A stretch of DNA of 64,000 bases from Strigamia acuminata (GCA_949358305.1 OX442314.1:25916001-25980000); one strand, 5' to 3'. Counted from the first letter of the stretch, positions 44,393-56,590 are shown. Numbers and translations are program-made. Notes: generated by a model from the sequence alone, not told the origin.

Positions 44393-46234
44393 TTGGAAAC
44401 GATGGCGAATGCAGGCGGAATTTCGGCTAGAATCGAAGCATTGGGGAAGGAGAACTACGATGCGTGGAAAGTCCAAATGGAAGCAATTTTGGGGAAAAAC
44501 GATCTCCTGAAGTACGCGGACGGAACATTGAAGCGACCAGAAGTTGTGCCAAACAACAATAACACCAAGAAAGCCGCCGAAAATTGGGACGTGAATGACA
44601 GGAACACGAGATACGATATCTTGTTACACGTAAAGCAGTCGGAGATTCGATTGTTGAAAAACTGTAAAACCTCAAACGAATTATGGAGAAAATTGGACGA
44701 AATTTACGAAGCGAAAGGACCGGCAAATATGGGCATGTTGCTGAAACAAATTTGCGAAAAGAAAATGTCCGAAAACGAAAACGTGTGTGACTATCTGAAG
44801 GGATTTTTTGAAGCGGTCGATAAGCTACTCGACATGGATATGGAAATCCAGCCGACACTTACTGGGACGCTGCTGTTGCAAAGTTTGCTGAAATCATTCG
44901 ATACGTTCAAGATCACGATGGAATCGCGAGACACATTGCCGACGCTGGAAGCGCTAAAAGCTAAAATTATAGCCGCAGCAACTTCTCAAGAAAAAGATAA
45001 AGAAGAAATATCCGACGCAATGTTGGCCAAGAAATCGTTCCAAAAACGGAGGCAGCCGAAGAACGGCGACGATGAATCGGATTCTGATGAAAAGCCGACT
45101 TTTAAATTTAAATGTCACGGTTGCGGAAAGATTGGACATAAAATCGCGGATTGTTGGAGCAAGAATAAGAAGGAAACTGCATCGAGAGCTGAGAAATCCA
45201 AGTACGAATTATTTTTCTGCGAACAAAACGAGACAGCATTGAACTGCGAGAAGTCACGACCGAAAAATTGGTGTTTGGACAGCGGCGCAAATTCCCACAT
45301 GTGCTCGGACAACTCAACATTTTCAACAATAAAATTCCTGAAGAACCAAAAACTGAATTTGGCCAGCAAAGCAAGTACGAACATCGACAGAAAAGGAACC
45401 GCGAAAATCGTCGTCAAAACTGGGGACGGAAATATGAAGTTGGATTTGACAGAGACTCTCTTAGTACGGGATTTGCGAACCAATTTAATGTCAGTCGGAA
45501 AGATCACAGAGCGGGGACACAAGGTGATTTTCGACAATAAATCAGCAGAAGTAATAAGCCCGAAGGGAGAAATCGTATTCACCGCCGAAAAGAGAAACGG
45601 ATTGTATTACATCGTCGACAAGACCGAGGATGCTGCGACCACAGCGAAAATCGAAGTCGGAACCGGGAACAAGAAGACCGAAAAAGCAAGTACGGAAGTC
45701 AAGAAGACAAGAACCGAGAACAAGAAAGCGTGTACGGAAGTCAAGAAGACGAGAACCGAGAACGAGAAAGGGTGTACGAAAGTCGAGAAGACGAGACCCA
45801 AGAACGTAAAAATTTGCGAATGGCACGAGAAGCTTGGACACGAATCAATTTTAAAGAAACTAAAAAACGACGTTGTAGAACCGATAAGTCGAACATTAAT
45901 GGAAATGGCGCAATGTATGATTTTGCAGTCGAGTGAGGAATCGAGTGTGGAACTAGACGAAAACGAGAAGGAAGTCGAAATTTCCGAGAACGAGAAGGAA
46001 GTCGAAATTTCCGAGAACAAAAACAAAGTCGAAATTTTCGAGAACGAGACGGAACAAGGGGAAGTCGAAATCAAGATCAATGATGAAGTCGAGAACGAGA
46101 CTGAACAAGGGGAAGTCGAAACTCTCCAGATCAAAAACGTACGAGCGCCTCCGCGACAATCTTCGAGAACTCGGAAACTGTATTCAAATCGAAATGGAAA
46201 ACCACCAGGAAGAATTCGATATGAAGAGTATTAA
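44393..46234 (+). CDS. Element E Gag-protease ORF with integrase remnants; no RT or RNase H
   Basis: L-x3-NYDAW N-terminus, CHGCGKIGHKIADC, WCLDSGANSHM, WHEKLGH, RTLMEMAQCM; likely ATG at 44402. Confidence 0.9.
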   Translation: METMANAGGISARIEALGKENYDAWKVQMEAILGKNDLLKYADGTLKRPEVVPNNNNTKKAAENWDVNDRNTRYDILLHVKQSEIRLLKNCKTSNELWRKLDEIYEAKGPANMGMLLKQICEKKMSENENVCDYLKGFFEAVDKLLDMDMEIQPTLTGTLLLQSLLKSFDTFKITMESRDTLPTLEALKAKIIAAATSQEKDKEEISDAMLAKKSFQKRRQPKNGDDESDSDEKPTFKFKCHGCGKIGHKIADCWSKNKKETASRAEKSKYELFFCEQNETALNCEKSRPKNWCLDSGANSHMCSDNSTFSTIKFLKNQKLNLASKASTNIDRKGTAKIVVKTGDGNMKLDLTETLLVRDLRTNLMSVGKITERGHKVIFDNKSAEVISPKGEIVFTAEKRNGLYYIVDKTEDAATTAKIEVGTGNKKTEKASTEVKKTRTENKKACTEVKKTRTENEKGCTKVEKTRPKNVKICEWHEKLGHESILKKLKNDVVEPISRTLMEMAQCMILQSSEESSVELDENEKEVEISENEKEVEISENKNKVEIFENETEQGEVEIKINDEVENETEQGEVETLQIKNVRAPPRQSSRTRKLYSNRNGKPPGRIRYEEY

Positions 46235-46245
46235 TTAGTAAAACA

Positions 46246-46395
46246 AAATATTTGAATTGTTTGAGAAAAATATGTTTAATATTTGAATTGTTTGAGAAAA
46301 ATATGTTTAATATTTGAATTGTTTGAGAAAAATATGTTTAATATTTGAATTGTTTGAGAAAAATATGTTTAATATTTGAATTGTTTAAGAAAAGT
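46246..46395. repeat. 31-bp tandem repeat (about 4.5 copies) in the 3' UTR of E
   Basis: AATATTTGAATTGTTTGAGAAAAATATGTTT repeated. Confidence 0.9.
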
Positions 46396-47296
46396 GTTTT
46401 TAATTATTTTAACTTTTGAGATGTAAAAATGTTGGAATATGTGGTGACTGGCACTAAGGGGAAGTGTTGGTTTTGAGTGCCCAGTCTTCACGCCAGGTGA
46501 ACGTTTCACCTGCGCACCCACGACGTCCAGATGACGTACTTGGCGTAAACCAATCAGGGTTGAGCGCACCTGTATATAATGTGTTAGCAATTAGAATAAA
46601 GTTAGTCATTCCTGTTAAACCTAACCACGCGTCTTATCATTGTCCAAACCTTCGACACTAAAAACTACACTATACTATTTGCATTTGGTGGTGCAGCATT
46701 ATTTCCAACAATTCAAAACGACATGAGAGATCGAAAACAATTCCCAAAGTCAATTCTCATCACTTTCATAAGTATAGTTCACTAAACTAATAACTCTTGT
46801 TTGAACTTTAACGTTTTGATTTCACGTAGATTGTGACCATCTAAACATCAGGTTGGCCTGAAAATGATAAAATGAAAAAAGAAAAGAAACTTTGCAAATA
46901 TTATCATAGATAACAACAATGATGATAACATGATCCAGTAATTGCATTCAAAAATTCGTCTTTAAAGTGCTTGTATTTTTGATTTTGTATTTTTTAACAT
47001 CACAAGACAAAAACACAAACGACTAAAAAACTACTTTTTAGAATGCAGTTGTTGTTAAAGTGGAACAATTGTTGTCCTCGTACGTCACAAACACGACAAT
47101 ATTACGTTTTATCACTTTGAGGCTGACAGGTGTTTACTGTACTCGTACACGACACAATGTTTTTGTGAGACCAAATCGACTTCATACATTAATTACCGTA
47201 TTTTACCGATTAAGAGTCGCCCTCGAATAGTAGCCGCAGCTGAGACACCAAGAATACCGTATTTTTGCAAAAGTACGGTATTGTTTCCGTATTTAA

Positions 47297-47738
47297 CCCT
47301 CAGAGGCATAAAGCTATAGGGATTTATGGACAAGCTCTTTCTTGAATAGGAAAACTTTTTGCTGAAAATTTGGGACTTTGTTTATGTGATAATAAACTAA
47401 ATCTCAGGTGAAATTTGTCGTGATTGATCATTTATTTAATTAAATATTCAACTTGGAAATTTTCTGCCCCTTAAAACTCCAGCAAAACTTTTAAGCTGGG
47501 CTTTGCTGCATTTGTAAACAGCGCTTCAGTGAACAGCTTTTCGCATTTACCAGTAGTAATTAAAACCACCTCCAGATGGCTCAAATCTATTTATTTTTAT
47601 TGTTTAGGCATTTCGCCCTCTATAAAATTAGTTGCGAATTAAAAACAATGGCGCTTTAGCCAATCGACTTAAAAATTGTCCATAAATCCGTAATGGCTTA
47701 AACCAGAACGGCAAATTTTACCCTCATGCCTCCGAGAG
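47297..47738. mobile_element. piggyBac-like MITE (442 bp)
   Basis: TTAA on both sides, TIRs CCCTCAGAGGCAT / ATGCCTCCGAGAG (11/13), internal inverted ATTTATGGACAA / TTGTCCATAAAT. Confidence 0.65.
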
Positions 47739-48054
47739 TTAACCTCACAAACGTCGAACGTACGCTTTGTTCCTGATGTTCAGACTTCGTTTGTTACATT
47801 AAAGAAATGTAACAAACGAAAAACCGAAATTGTGATTGCTGACAAAAATGGCGGTTTCGAATAAGAGCGACAGCTCTAAGTCTAAAACATTTGTCCCTGT
47901 ATTTCCCGTTTTTATGATTCTGCAGCTACTGACACTTAACCATCTATTAATTCTGTGCTTAATTTATTCATAAATTTCAGTATTACTAATTCTCTACACA
48001 CCTGTGGCAGCGACGGGTTACTTTGTATTTGGATCTGCCGTCCGTCCTAATATA

Positions 48055-48131
48055 CCGGGTGGCCCACATAAAAGCGGCCCGAAAATGTGTGTATGTAATA
48101 TTATGGGGCCGCTTTTATGTGGGCCACCCGG
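48055..48131. mobile_element. 77-bp micro-MITE (Tc1/mariner-type) in a coding exon
   Basis: Perfect 26-bp TIRs CCGGGTGGCCCACATAAAAGCGGCCC and TA TSD; its removal restores ...PNIVENL.... Confidence 0.93.
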
Positions 48132-48321
48132 TAGTTGAAAACTTGACATCAGGAGTAACTACTAAAATTGTCCAAAGTTTACTCATTGTGCACATGGTTT
48201 TCGCTTTTATCATTGCATTAAACCCAGTCAGTCAGCAAATAGAAGAATTTCTAAAAATATCTCAAAGTGCTTGTAAGTACAATATTTAAAAACATTTCAT
48301 GTTATTTTTTTATGAATAAAT

Positions 48322-49905
48322 TGTGACGGTTACACTGTCATACACTTTGCTAGTATAGGACGATTATTTCGCCAATAGATGGCGTTGATGCGTTTTAGCG
48401 GTAATTTCAAAATTCGACAATTTTTGAGTGGATAAAATATAAATTATTGTTTATATTTTATTCCACTACAACTTTAGACACTTTTAAATACTTTTGGATG
48501 TTCAAATATTAGTTGATTTATTTGTCACATAATTCTATTGAATTATGTGCAAACTTTGCACCTGGTGAAGTCACCCTTCATCACCTACTGTGAGTTGGAC
48601 TCCTTTTGGATTATAGTCAAAAGGACTTAATCCACAATGTGTCCTGCGTATCCAGTTCCTGTAGTGGACCTAGTAGAAGACTATGTCCTGAGTATCCACT
48701 TCCTATGATCTAGGATTGGATGAATTAGACTGCCCAGTGATCCCATTGGATCACTGAACAGCTATTCTCCTCACCGAGTATATATCATCCTGCAAAACGG
48801 ATATAGCTCGCTCTTGTTCTTGTTTGTTTGATACTGATATTACTTGAGCACATATTATACTTCTCTGCGTTCCGACAATCCGTTGTAGAAATACTTTGTA
48901 TTTAGTGTAAGTATCTAGAGTGGGTAGAAGACTCACAGACACACTCCCGCCTCTTCATGCCAACATTCCGTTGTAGAAATGTAGTAACTAGAGTGAGTAA
49001 TTCACAGACACATTTAAGTGTAGCATCTAGAGTGGGGTACAACCCACAGACGCACTCCCTCCAGCTTCATGCCAACATTCCGTTGTAGAATGCAGAATCT
49101 AGAGTGGAGTAAAATTCACAGACGCATTGGTAATGTAGAATCTAGAGTGGAGTATTTATATTCCACAGACGCATTATCAGAGTAATCGACGCGGAGTAAT
49201 TTCCCGGTTACTCTCCCGCCAACCAGAACCGAGTGGAGTAATTTCCCGGCGATGGATAACCTTTCCTGCGAAATACTTCGATTCATTTCGTTGTTGGTTT
49301 GACGGAACATTTGAGTTTGGCTTAAATGTTGATTGCACTCGGGGCAAAAAATAGCTCGGCGCTATTTTAATTATTTCTTTATTTTTCAGTCATTTGTTCG
49401 ACTTGGAAACATAATATCATGTTAAATTCATTGGAATTTACATGAATATTTATTCCGATTGTTTCATCATTCTTATGATCGCGCTGTGTAATTATTAACA
49501 ATATAATAATTACACGTGTGATGATTGTGCCAAAGTCAACCGCACCTCTCGGATATAACACACCCAAGCCTAACCATTACACACCATTTTAGAACCAATC
49601 CAGGACCATTTGGAAACCCGAACCATACTCAGACGACATCTTTTACGTCACCGTAATAAGAAAGTTACACATTCTTATTACGAGACTGAAAACCGCAAGT
49701 GATATTATTTCAGGGCTTTTGCCAACCCATTGTATATTTAACATGAAGTTATTTAGCCATTTGTAGACATAGGTTTTATATAGATTTCATTCCGAATAAA
49801 TTGTCATATGATTTGAGAAATCACAAGCCTCCGTATTTTACACTTTCACACGAGTTCCCACTTTTAATTGTTAAGCAATTGTATCTCGCAAAGTCAATCG
49901 TCACA
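48322..49905 (+). mobile_element. Solo LTR of the element A family, intronic
   Basis: Reverse-complement homologue of 25258-26847, TG...CA, TSD AAAT, no PBS or PPT adjacent. Confidence 0.93.
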
Positions 49906-50470
49906 AAATTTATCAGTATTATTTTTTCAGATTTGAATTGGAGAAGATATTTACTACGGACATGTGTAGTACTACTTGTAATTTTTGTCGCTTTAAGCGT
50001 TCCGCATTTCGGCAATATATTAGGGGGTTTCATTAATTAAGGTGATTTTGCAATTTTGCAATTTTAGCAATTTTGCAATTTTGGATTTGTCACATGATAT
50101 CAATTTCACCAATGATGTGCATAATTGCAAAAACACAAAAGAAAAAAAAAACACAATCACAAAATCAAGCAAGTCTTGTGATGTCAAAAATGATCACATG
50201 ATATTGCAATCATGTAAATAGTCATATGACTTCCTCTTTACTGAATAGCCATGAAATAAACACAATGCTTGTAGGTATTTTGCAGCATTTAGTGACACTA
50301 TTATTTTGTTTGACTTTTTTGGCACCAGCTGGTGCCACTTTTTCCTGGAGAATCTCTCAAGGTTAGAGTTGTTGCTGTAGTGAGGTTGTGTAGTGTGAGT
50401 TTATTAAATACTGTTTTCTGTATCTATATCTTGGTTTCAGGAACTGTGAGCTCTGCATTTATTTGTGACA

Positions 50471-51902
50471 ATGCCAAAAGTAAATAGAAGACAGATTTTT
50501 TTTCGAAAATTTGATTTGTTGACTATGTTTTGCATGCTGTTTGATGATGAAACTGACCTTTTTGATCAAATAGAGGAGTATTTTATTTTTAAACGATTAT
50601 TTAATACTTGTCGATACTCAATTATACGTTTACCAGTCATGAAATCTAGGGAGTGGGTCATGAATTTTTTGAACAAGACAGATGAAAGAAGATTCCGGAT
50701 TCAAATGCGAATGGGCTGGGATTCATTCCAATATGTATTAAATTTAATTGAAGGTAATTACATTAAGTAGTATTTTGAGTATAATTTAACTCATTTATTT
50801 GAATTTATTTATTTATTTATTTATTTATTCACTTTGAATTTATTTTGAATAGACCATCCATCATTAAATCGACCATTAGAAAATAAAGGTCGTCCATCCG
50901 TACCTGTTGGACTCCAATTAGCAGTTGCCCTGTACAGATTTGGCCATTCAGGCAATGGTGCATCTAACGCCAACATTGCAACAAAGTTTGGCATTTCTGA
51001 AGGAAGTGTAGTTAACTACACTAATAGAGTAATCCATGTGTTTTATTCCATGCTACCTCTAAAAATCAAATGGCCATCCCAACAGGAGCGTGAAACGATT
51101 AGTAATAAAATGGAAATGTGTGGGTTCCCTGGATGCATTGCATTTGTGGATGGGACTGATGCTGTTATGTACACAAAACCCAGAGAAGATGCTGACCCAG
51201 TAGCATATTTTTCTAGAAAAAAGAAATACGCTATGCAGGTGCAACTGACAGTTGATTATAACAAGGTGATTCGCCATGTCATCACAGGATTTCCAGCCAG
51301 CGTCCATGATGCAACAGTTTTCAAACATTCGTTGCTATCCAAACAACCACAGGTTTATATAAATATATTCACTATTGCCTATAAAAATTGAACATATATA
51401 TTTTTGACAGTTATATTTTTCACCTGGGCAATACATATTAGGAGACACAGGTTATCCCAATTGCTTTCCAATACTAACTGGATTCAGACATGTTGGAATA
51501 CTAAATGAAAAACAGAAATTACTCAATGCAAAAATATCTGAACACCGTGTTGTTGTTGAACATGTGAATGGAATGTTGAAAAGTAAGGTTTACAAAAATA
51601 GATTACTTTAAAAAACTTAAAACATCTTTCAATCAGGTAGGTTTCAAAGTTGGCATGGCCTACGCATTGCAATGGACAAACACAGAGGGCACAAATTGAT
51701 TGTAAAATGGATCACAGCTTGCTGCGTCCTTCATAATATTTTAACTGAAATTAATGACAACTGGGAGTACGAGGATGTGGATGAGACAGCTGATTACACA
51801 AATAATGATGCAAATCACGTGGAAGATGATAACAACATTATGACAGTTATTCGTCCCAGAGTAATGGAATTGTTATGGCAAATGTATGGCATTGTAATGT
51901 AA
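50471..51902 (+). CDS. Harbinger DDE transposase (exons 50471-50753, 50853-51352, 51411-51582, 51637-51902)
   Basis: QLAVALYRFG, FPGCIAFVDGT, FPASVHDA, LGDTGY, RVVVEH...LKSRF, ACCVLHN; phases consistent. Confidence 0.92.
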
Positions 51903-52003
51903 AAATTAAAAAATATCTTGTATTTAAGAGAATAATTAGATTTTCATTTTATGTCAATTTTATTGCATTTTGTAAAGCTTTTACATTGCATTGGAATAGA
52001 CAT

Positions 52004-53073
52004 TTAACGACCTTGCTTCAATTTTTCCAATTCAATTTGCAATTTAAGTTGTTCTATTTTCATTTCCTCAATTTTAATGCTTGCAATTCGGTCTTCTTCT
52101 TCCTTTTTTTTCTGATACTCAAATTTCCTTTCTTCTAAAGTGAGTTTTTTAAGCTCTACACTTTTAGCATCTTCATATTTCTTTTGGTCTAAAACCACCC
52201 TGTCTCGCATTGCTAAAGCAAATAAATCTTCACATCCACTTTGTTTTGGTTTTTTTTCACCCTTCTTGAGCTTTGTTAGAGTTGAACTTGTTGAAGCTGA
52301 CTTTCCTTGCATACTGTTTTGAGTGCCTTCATCATTAATATTTGGAGTGATGATGAAGCTTTCATCATCAGACTGTATATCCAATATTTCAAATGGCTGT
52401 TCCTCATCTTGTGTTTCAGATGTGGTGGGTGTTGGAATTTCTAGGGTGTCTAGAAGTAAAGGTGGGCGAATGTTGGGTCGCTCACCCATAACCCCATCAA
52501 ATATATCATACCATGGGCACTTATTTAATACCTTGGCTAAAAAAAAGATGTATTAGTATAAACATTTTAAACTACAAAATAAAAATAAAAACCATGTAGG
52601 GATGCAAATTCTTCAGAATCTGGTTCAACACCGGCTCCTGTGCTGTCCAGCCAATGCTTCACTTTTTTGTATGTATCCTCCATTGTTGCAAATTTGTTTT
52701 TCATTTGTAATGGTGTACAGTTCGGGAATGCATTCGGTTCTTGATCCAAAAATCGTTTAAAAAAATCCATTTTTACAGCCGCCTGTCAACAATTTAAAAT
52801 TAATTTAATAATGGCATAAGCAAATTAATTGTTACACAACCACACAGCCACACAACGACAGTTTAATGAGGTTAATGTGATTACCTTGAAATGATGATAA
52901 TTGTCTACCACATGACAGGCAATTTTATTTGTTTCACTGGCTGTCCAAAACTTCTTGGCATTTCTCAACCTTTTCTCCTTTGAGGCAGGATCTGTGCTTG
53001 CTTTTTTTCTTTTTTTTCTAAAGTCAATTTCAATAGTTGGCTCCACTGCATTGTCCGCCATATCGTCCGCCAT
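52004..53073 (-). CDS. Harbinger accessory Myb/SANT-like DNA-binding protein (exons 53073-52885, 52782-52593, 52536-52004)
   Basis: FWTASET, QMKNKF...YK, STGAG, KCPWYD...MGER, C-terminal coiled coil; phases consistent. Confidence 0.85.
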
Positions 53074-54198
53074 ATTGGGTTATTCGAAAATGTGAAGCAC
53101 ATTTTAGTTGTACCCAACGATTCCAAAAATGTGATGCAAAAAACGAGTCCCAATTCATGTGATTAAATGAAATTTTTTTAATAAAGTCCAATTAATAGCA
53201 TATTAATACTCACAAGTACATCAGAATCATTTCATGGTTTCCTAGATAGACTACAATTGTGGATGCCTTCGCCTATTGATGATAAAACAAGTTGGCTCCT
53301 TAGATAGAGCTTGGCTGCTTCCATTTTGTTTTGAGTTTGACTAGCCTCAAAATCACAGGATTGCAAAAATGCAAAAATTACCTTTTAGATAATTTTGGGA
53401 TTTTGTGTTTTTACTCTCTTGCACTTTAGTGAATGTGAATGTGATTGGTAGAACAGATATCACATGACAATACTCTAAAATCACAAAATTGTCCAGATCA
53501 CACAATTGCAAAATTGACTGGGTTAATTCAATGTAATCCCATTTTTGGAGGCATCAAAAAATAATGATTTTGTGATTAATGCAAAATCACAAAATTGTAA
53601 AATCATCCATATAATGAAACCCCCTATTGTCATTAATAGGCGGTTCATCAGTAACGATGCTCACATTCATTTTCCCATCATTATTCTACTTGAGATTATG
53701 CGGTCAGAAACATACAAACTGGCCTCCAATGTAAGAAATTTATGACGACAGATAAGTGCGGTGTTTCATTAAAACTTTATGAATTATTTTCAGACCTGTG
53801 TCTTTGCACGAAAGAGTGTATTTATGGGAGTTGATCGCGATTGGTGTATTAGGGGGTATTGCGGCAACCTGGAGTGCCATTAAATCCATTGTTGAGTCAT
53901 TGACATTCACTCAGCCATGCTATGTTAATCCCAATTTACAGTGTTACCTTGACCCTAAAGACTGTTAATAGCAAATTATCCATAAGGTATAAATTATTGA
54001 CTTAACACAACTAATTAACGAATTTAAAATCGAATTCAGTGTACCGAGCATAAATAAATATCCAAATTACGTGAATAATTGAAAATCCTGACCTTTTTCA
54101 TTGAAAAACTTGCCAACTCAGGTAAGAATCAAATATATTTATAGTCAATGCTGTGCGATGTTCACGCAGGCGCCATGTTGTTTGGATGCGGTCGGGCG

Positions 54199-56590
54199 GG
54201 GACAGGATAATTTGCGGAACCGCGGAACTGGCGGAACAGGCGGAACCGATGGGTTTGAGGAAAACCTGGAATCGCCAATTCTGCGGAAACGGCGGAACGG
54301 CGGAACAAGCTGAACAAGCTGATCGGGAGAAAATAAAATTTGTAAATTACTGTTGTGTTCGTGGTTGGATACTGGCACGTAGAAATATATATAAAAATAT
54401 ATATTAGAACAAAAAAATAAAATAAATAAACGAGTGGGTTTTGTTTTAATGTATTAATTTTTCTTGATTTGAAAAAAACAATGTACCACTATGTTGTAAA
54501 AAATCTCCCATTAAACAGATAGATACTAATTGCTAGGAATAAATCATTTATTAGAGAATGCCATATTCACACTGAGCTCATGTTTGAAATTGATTTCGTT
54601 TAAACGCCTAATTTTTTAAGCTTTTTACGTTAAATTTTTTTTAAAAAAGCAACCGTAATTACGTGTTAAGCTAATTTTAAAAAGTTGTAAATCTTTTTGC
54701 AGTTGCAAGTAGATAAATTTTATGTAGTTCTTGTTATTTTTTTTTAAACCTTACAAAATACTCGTAGTTGATTAATTTCACTGAGACTATAACTGCTGGA
54801 TGTCATGGGGAGTTTTTCACATTAAGTGTTAAAATATTTTCAACAAATCAGTTCTGAATTTTGGATTTTGGGGCTTTTGGTAGGGCATTTAAATTGATGT
54901 ATCAAATTAGTCATAACTTATCAAATTGAAACAAAAACATCGAAAACAAAGAATATCCAACTCGTTACCTTGGAATTTGTAATTTTGTAAGATTGCTTTT
55001 GTAAATTTTAATTTTTAATTTTAATTAATTTTTGCCTGACCTCCATAGCTATTGTTCAGCCGTTCCGCCGTTTCCGCAGAATTGGCGATTCTGTGGAAAC
55101 GACGGAACGGTGGAACTAGATTGTTTCATTGCCAAATTCCGCTGAACAAGCTGAAATATTGTGATCAGGCCAAAAAAATATCAAAATTAAACAAAAGTTT
55201 AATTAAATAAAAATTACCAAAAACAAAAATAAATAAAAATCAATAAAAATAAAAATAAATAAAAATAACCCAAAATAAAAGTACGATTGAAGTTTTGATA
55301 CTAAATAATCTTATTTATTTATCATTTTATCACGAGTTTTGTGCCTAAAAAATTAGATTTTATGCCTAACTTTCGTTTTTTTCAATAAAAATAGTTTTTC
55401 CGTTTGATAAATTCGTTTTAAACCGATGCAAATTTATTAATTGAGACTAAAAATTGATTTTGGCAAAAAAATTGATTTTTGGTGAAAAATTTCATTTTTG
55501 GTGAAAAATTTCATTTTTGGTGAAAAATTTCATTTTTGGTGAAAAATTTCATTTTTGGTGAAAAATTTCATTTTTGGTGAAAAATTTCATTTTTGGTGAA
55601 AAATTTCATTTTTGGTGAAAAATTTCATTTTTGGTGAAAAATTTCATTTTTGGTGAAAAATTTCATTTTTGGTGAAAAATTTCATTTTTGGTGAAAAAAT
55701 TCATTTTTGGTGAAAAAATTCATTTTTGGTAAAAAAATTCAATTTTTTGAGTCAAAATTTAATTTTTTTCTGTCAAAATTCAATTTTTTGAGTCAAAATT
55801 TAATTTTTTTCTGTAAAAATTTAATTTTTTTCTGTCAAAATTTAATTTTTTTCTGTCAAAATTTAATTTTTTTCTGTCAAAATTTAATTTTTTTCTGTCA
55901 AAATTTAAGTTTTTTCAGTCAAAATTGAATTTTTTGACTCAAAAATCAATTTTCTGACTCAAAAAACCCTTTTTCGAACCACAAATGAATTTTTTGGTCA
56001 AAAATTCATTTTTTTGGCCAAAAATTCATTTTTTTGGCCAAAAATTCATTTTTTTGGCCAAAAATTCATTTTTTTGGCCAAAAATTCATTTTTTTGGCCA
56101 AAAATTCATTTTTTTGGCCAAAATCAATTTTTTGTCTCAATTAATTAATTTGCATCGGTGTAAAACGAATTTATCAAACGGAAAAACCATTTTTATTGTA
56201 AAAAACAAAAGTTGGGCGTAAAATCTAATTTTTTAGGCACAAAACTCGTGATAAAATGATAAATAAATAAGATTATTTAGTATCAAAACTTCAATCGTAC
56301 TTTTATTTTGGGTTATTTTTATTTATTTTTATTTTTGTTGATTTTTATTTATTTTTATTTTTGTTGATTTTTATTTATTTTTGTTTTTGGTTATTTCTAT
56401 TTAATTAAACTTTTGTTTAATTTTGATATTTTGATTACAATATTTCAGCTTGTTCAGCGGAATTTGGCAATGAAACAATCTAGTTCCGCCGTTCCGCCGT
56501 TTCCACAGAATTGGCGATACCGGGTTTTCCACAAACCCATCGGTTCCGCCTGTTCCGCCAGTTCCGCGGTTCCGCAAATTATCCTGTCCC
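54199..56590. mobile_element. Non-coding TIR element with 8-bp TSD (Merlin-like), composite foldback structure
   Basis: GGGACAGGATAATTTGCGGAAC... and ...GTTCCGCAAATTATCCTGTCCC TIRs of about 100 bp; TSD GTCGGGCG at 54191-54198 and 56591-56598. Confidence 0.85.
55480..56122. repeat. 19-20 bp tandem arrays inside the Merlin-like element
   Basis: GGTGAAAAATTTCATTTTT (about 12 copies), CTGTCAAAATTTAATTTTTT-like units, GGCCAAAAATTCATTTTTTT (about 5 copies). Confidence 0.9.

Larger units (their letters stand above)
44083..46669 (+). mobile_element. Non-autonomous Ty1/Copia element E inserted in a coding exon
   Basis: 205-bp LTRs at 44083-44287 and 46465-46669 (1 mismatch seen), TSD CTATA. PBS GGTTGTGGGTTCAG resembles the copia half-tRNA-iMet site GGTTATGGGCCCAG; PPT AAGGGGAAG. 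Confidence 0.95.
50022..53625. mobile_element. PIF/Harbinger (PHIS) DNA transposon, apparently autonomous, inserted in a coding exon
   Basis: 14-bp TIRs AGGGGGTTTCATTA, 3-bp TSD ATT, two convergent intron-containing genes, subterminal TTTTGCAA-like repeats. Confidence 0.93.
37266..53968 (+). pseudogene. Host amino-acid transporter gene (Aa_trans / AVT1-like, SLC32/36/38-related); this allele is disrupted by insertions and its 5' exon(s) were not found
   Basis: Exons 37266-37434, 43431-43616, 43932-44082+46675-46771, 47981-48054+48134-48272, 49931-50021+53629-53730, 53794-53968. All GT-AG with matching phases; about 394 stop-free codons. Motifs GWIGIVL...CWIIIEERYPEY, FGTPKDFW, FAFGGAALFPTIQNDM, PHFGNILSLIGGS. 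Confidence 0.9.

Noticed and set aside
44084..46696. In-frame splicing-out of Copia E (T|GTTGGT to GCAG|)
   Set aside because: It would delete the conserved LFAFGGA motif and the sites are weak; the frame match is probably chance.
55480..56122. Short regular repeats (also 46246-46395 and 59283-59520) as CRISPR arrays
   Set aside because: Head-to-tail tandem units without unique spacers, no cas genes, eukaryotic context.
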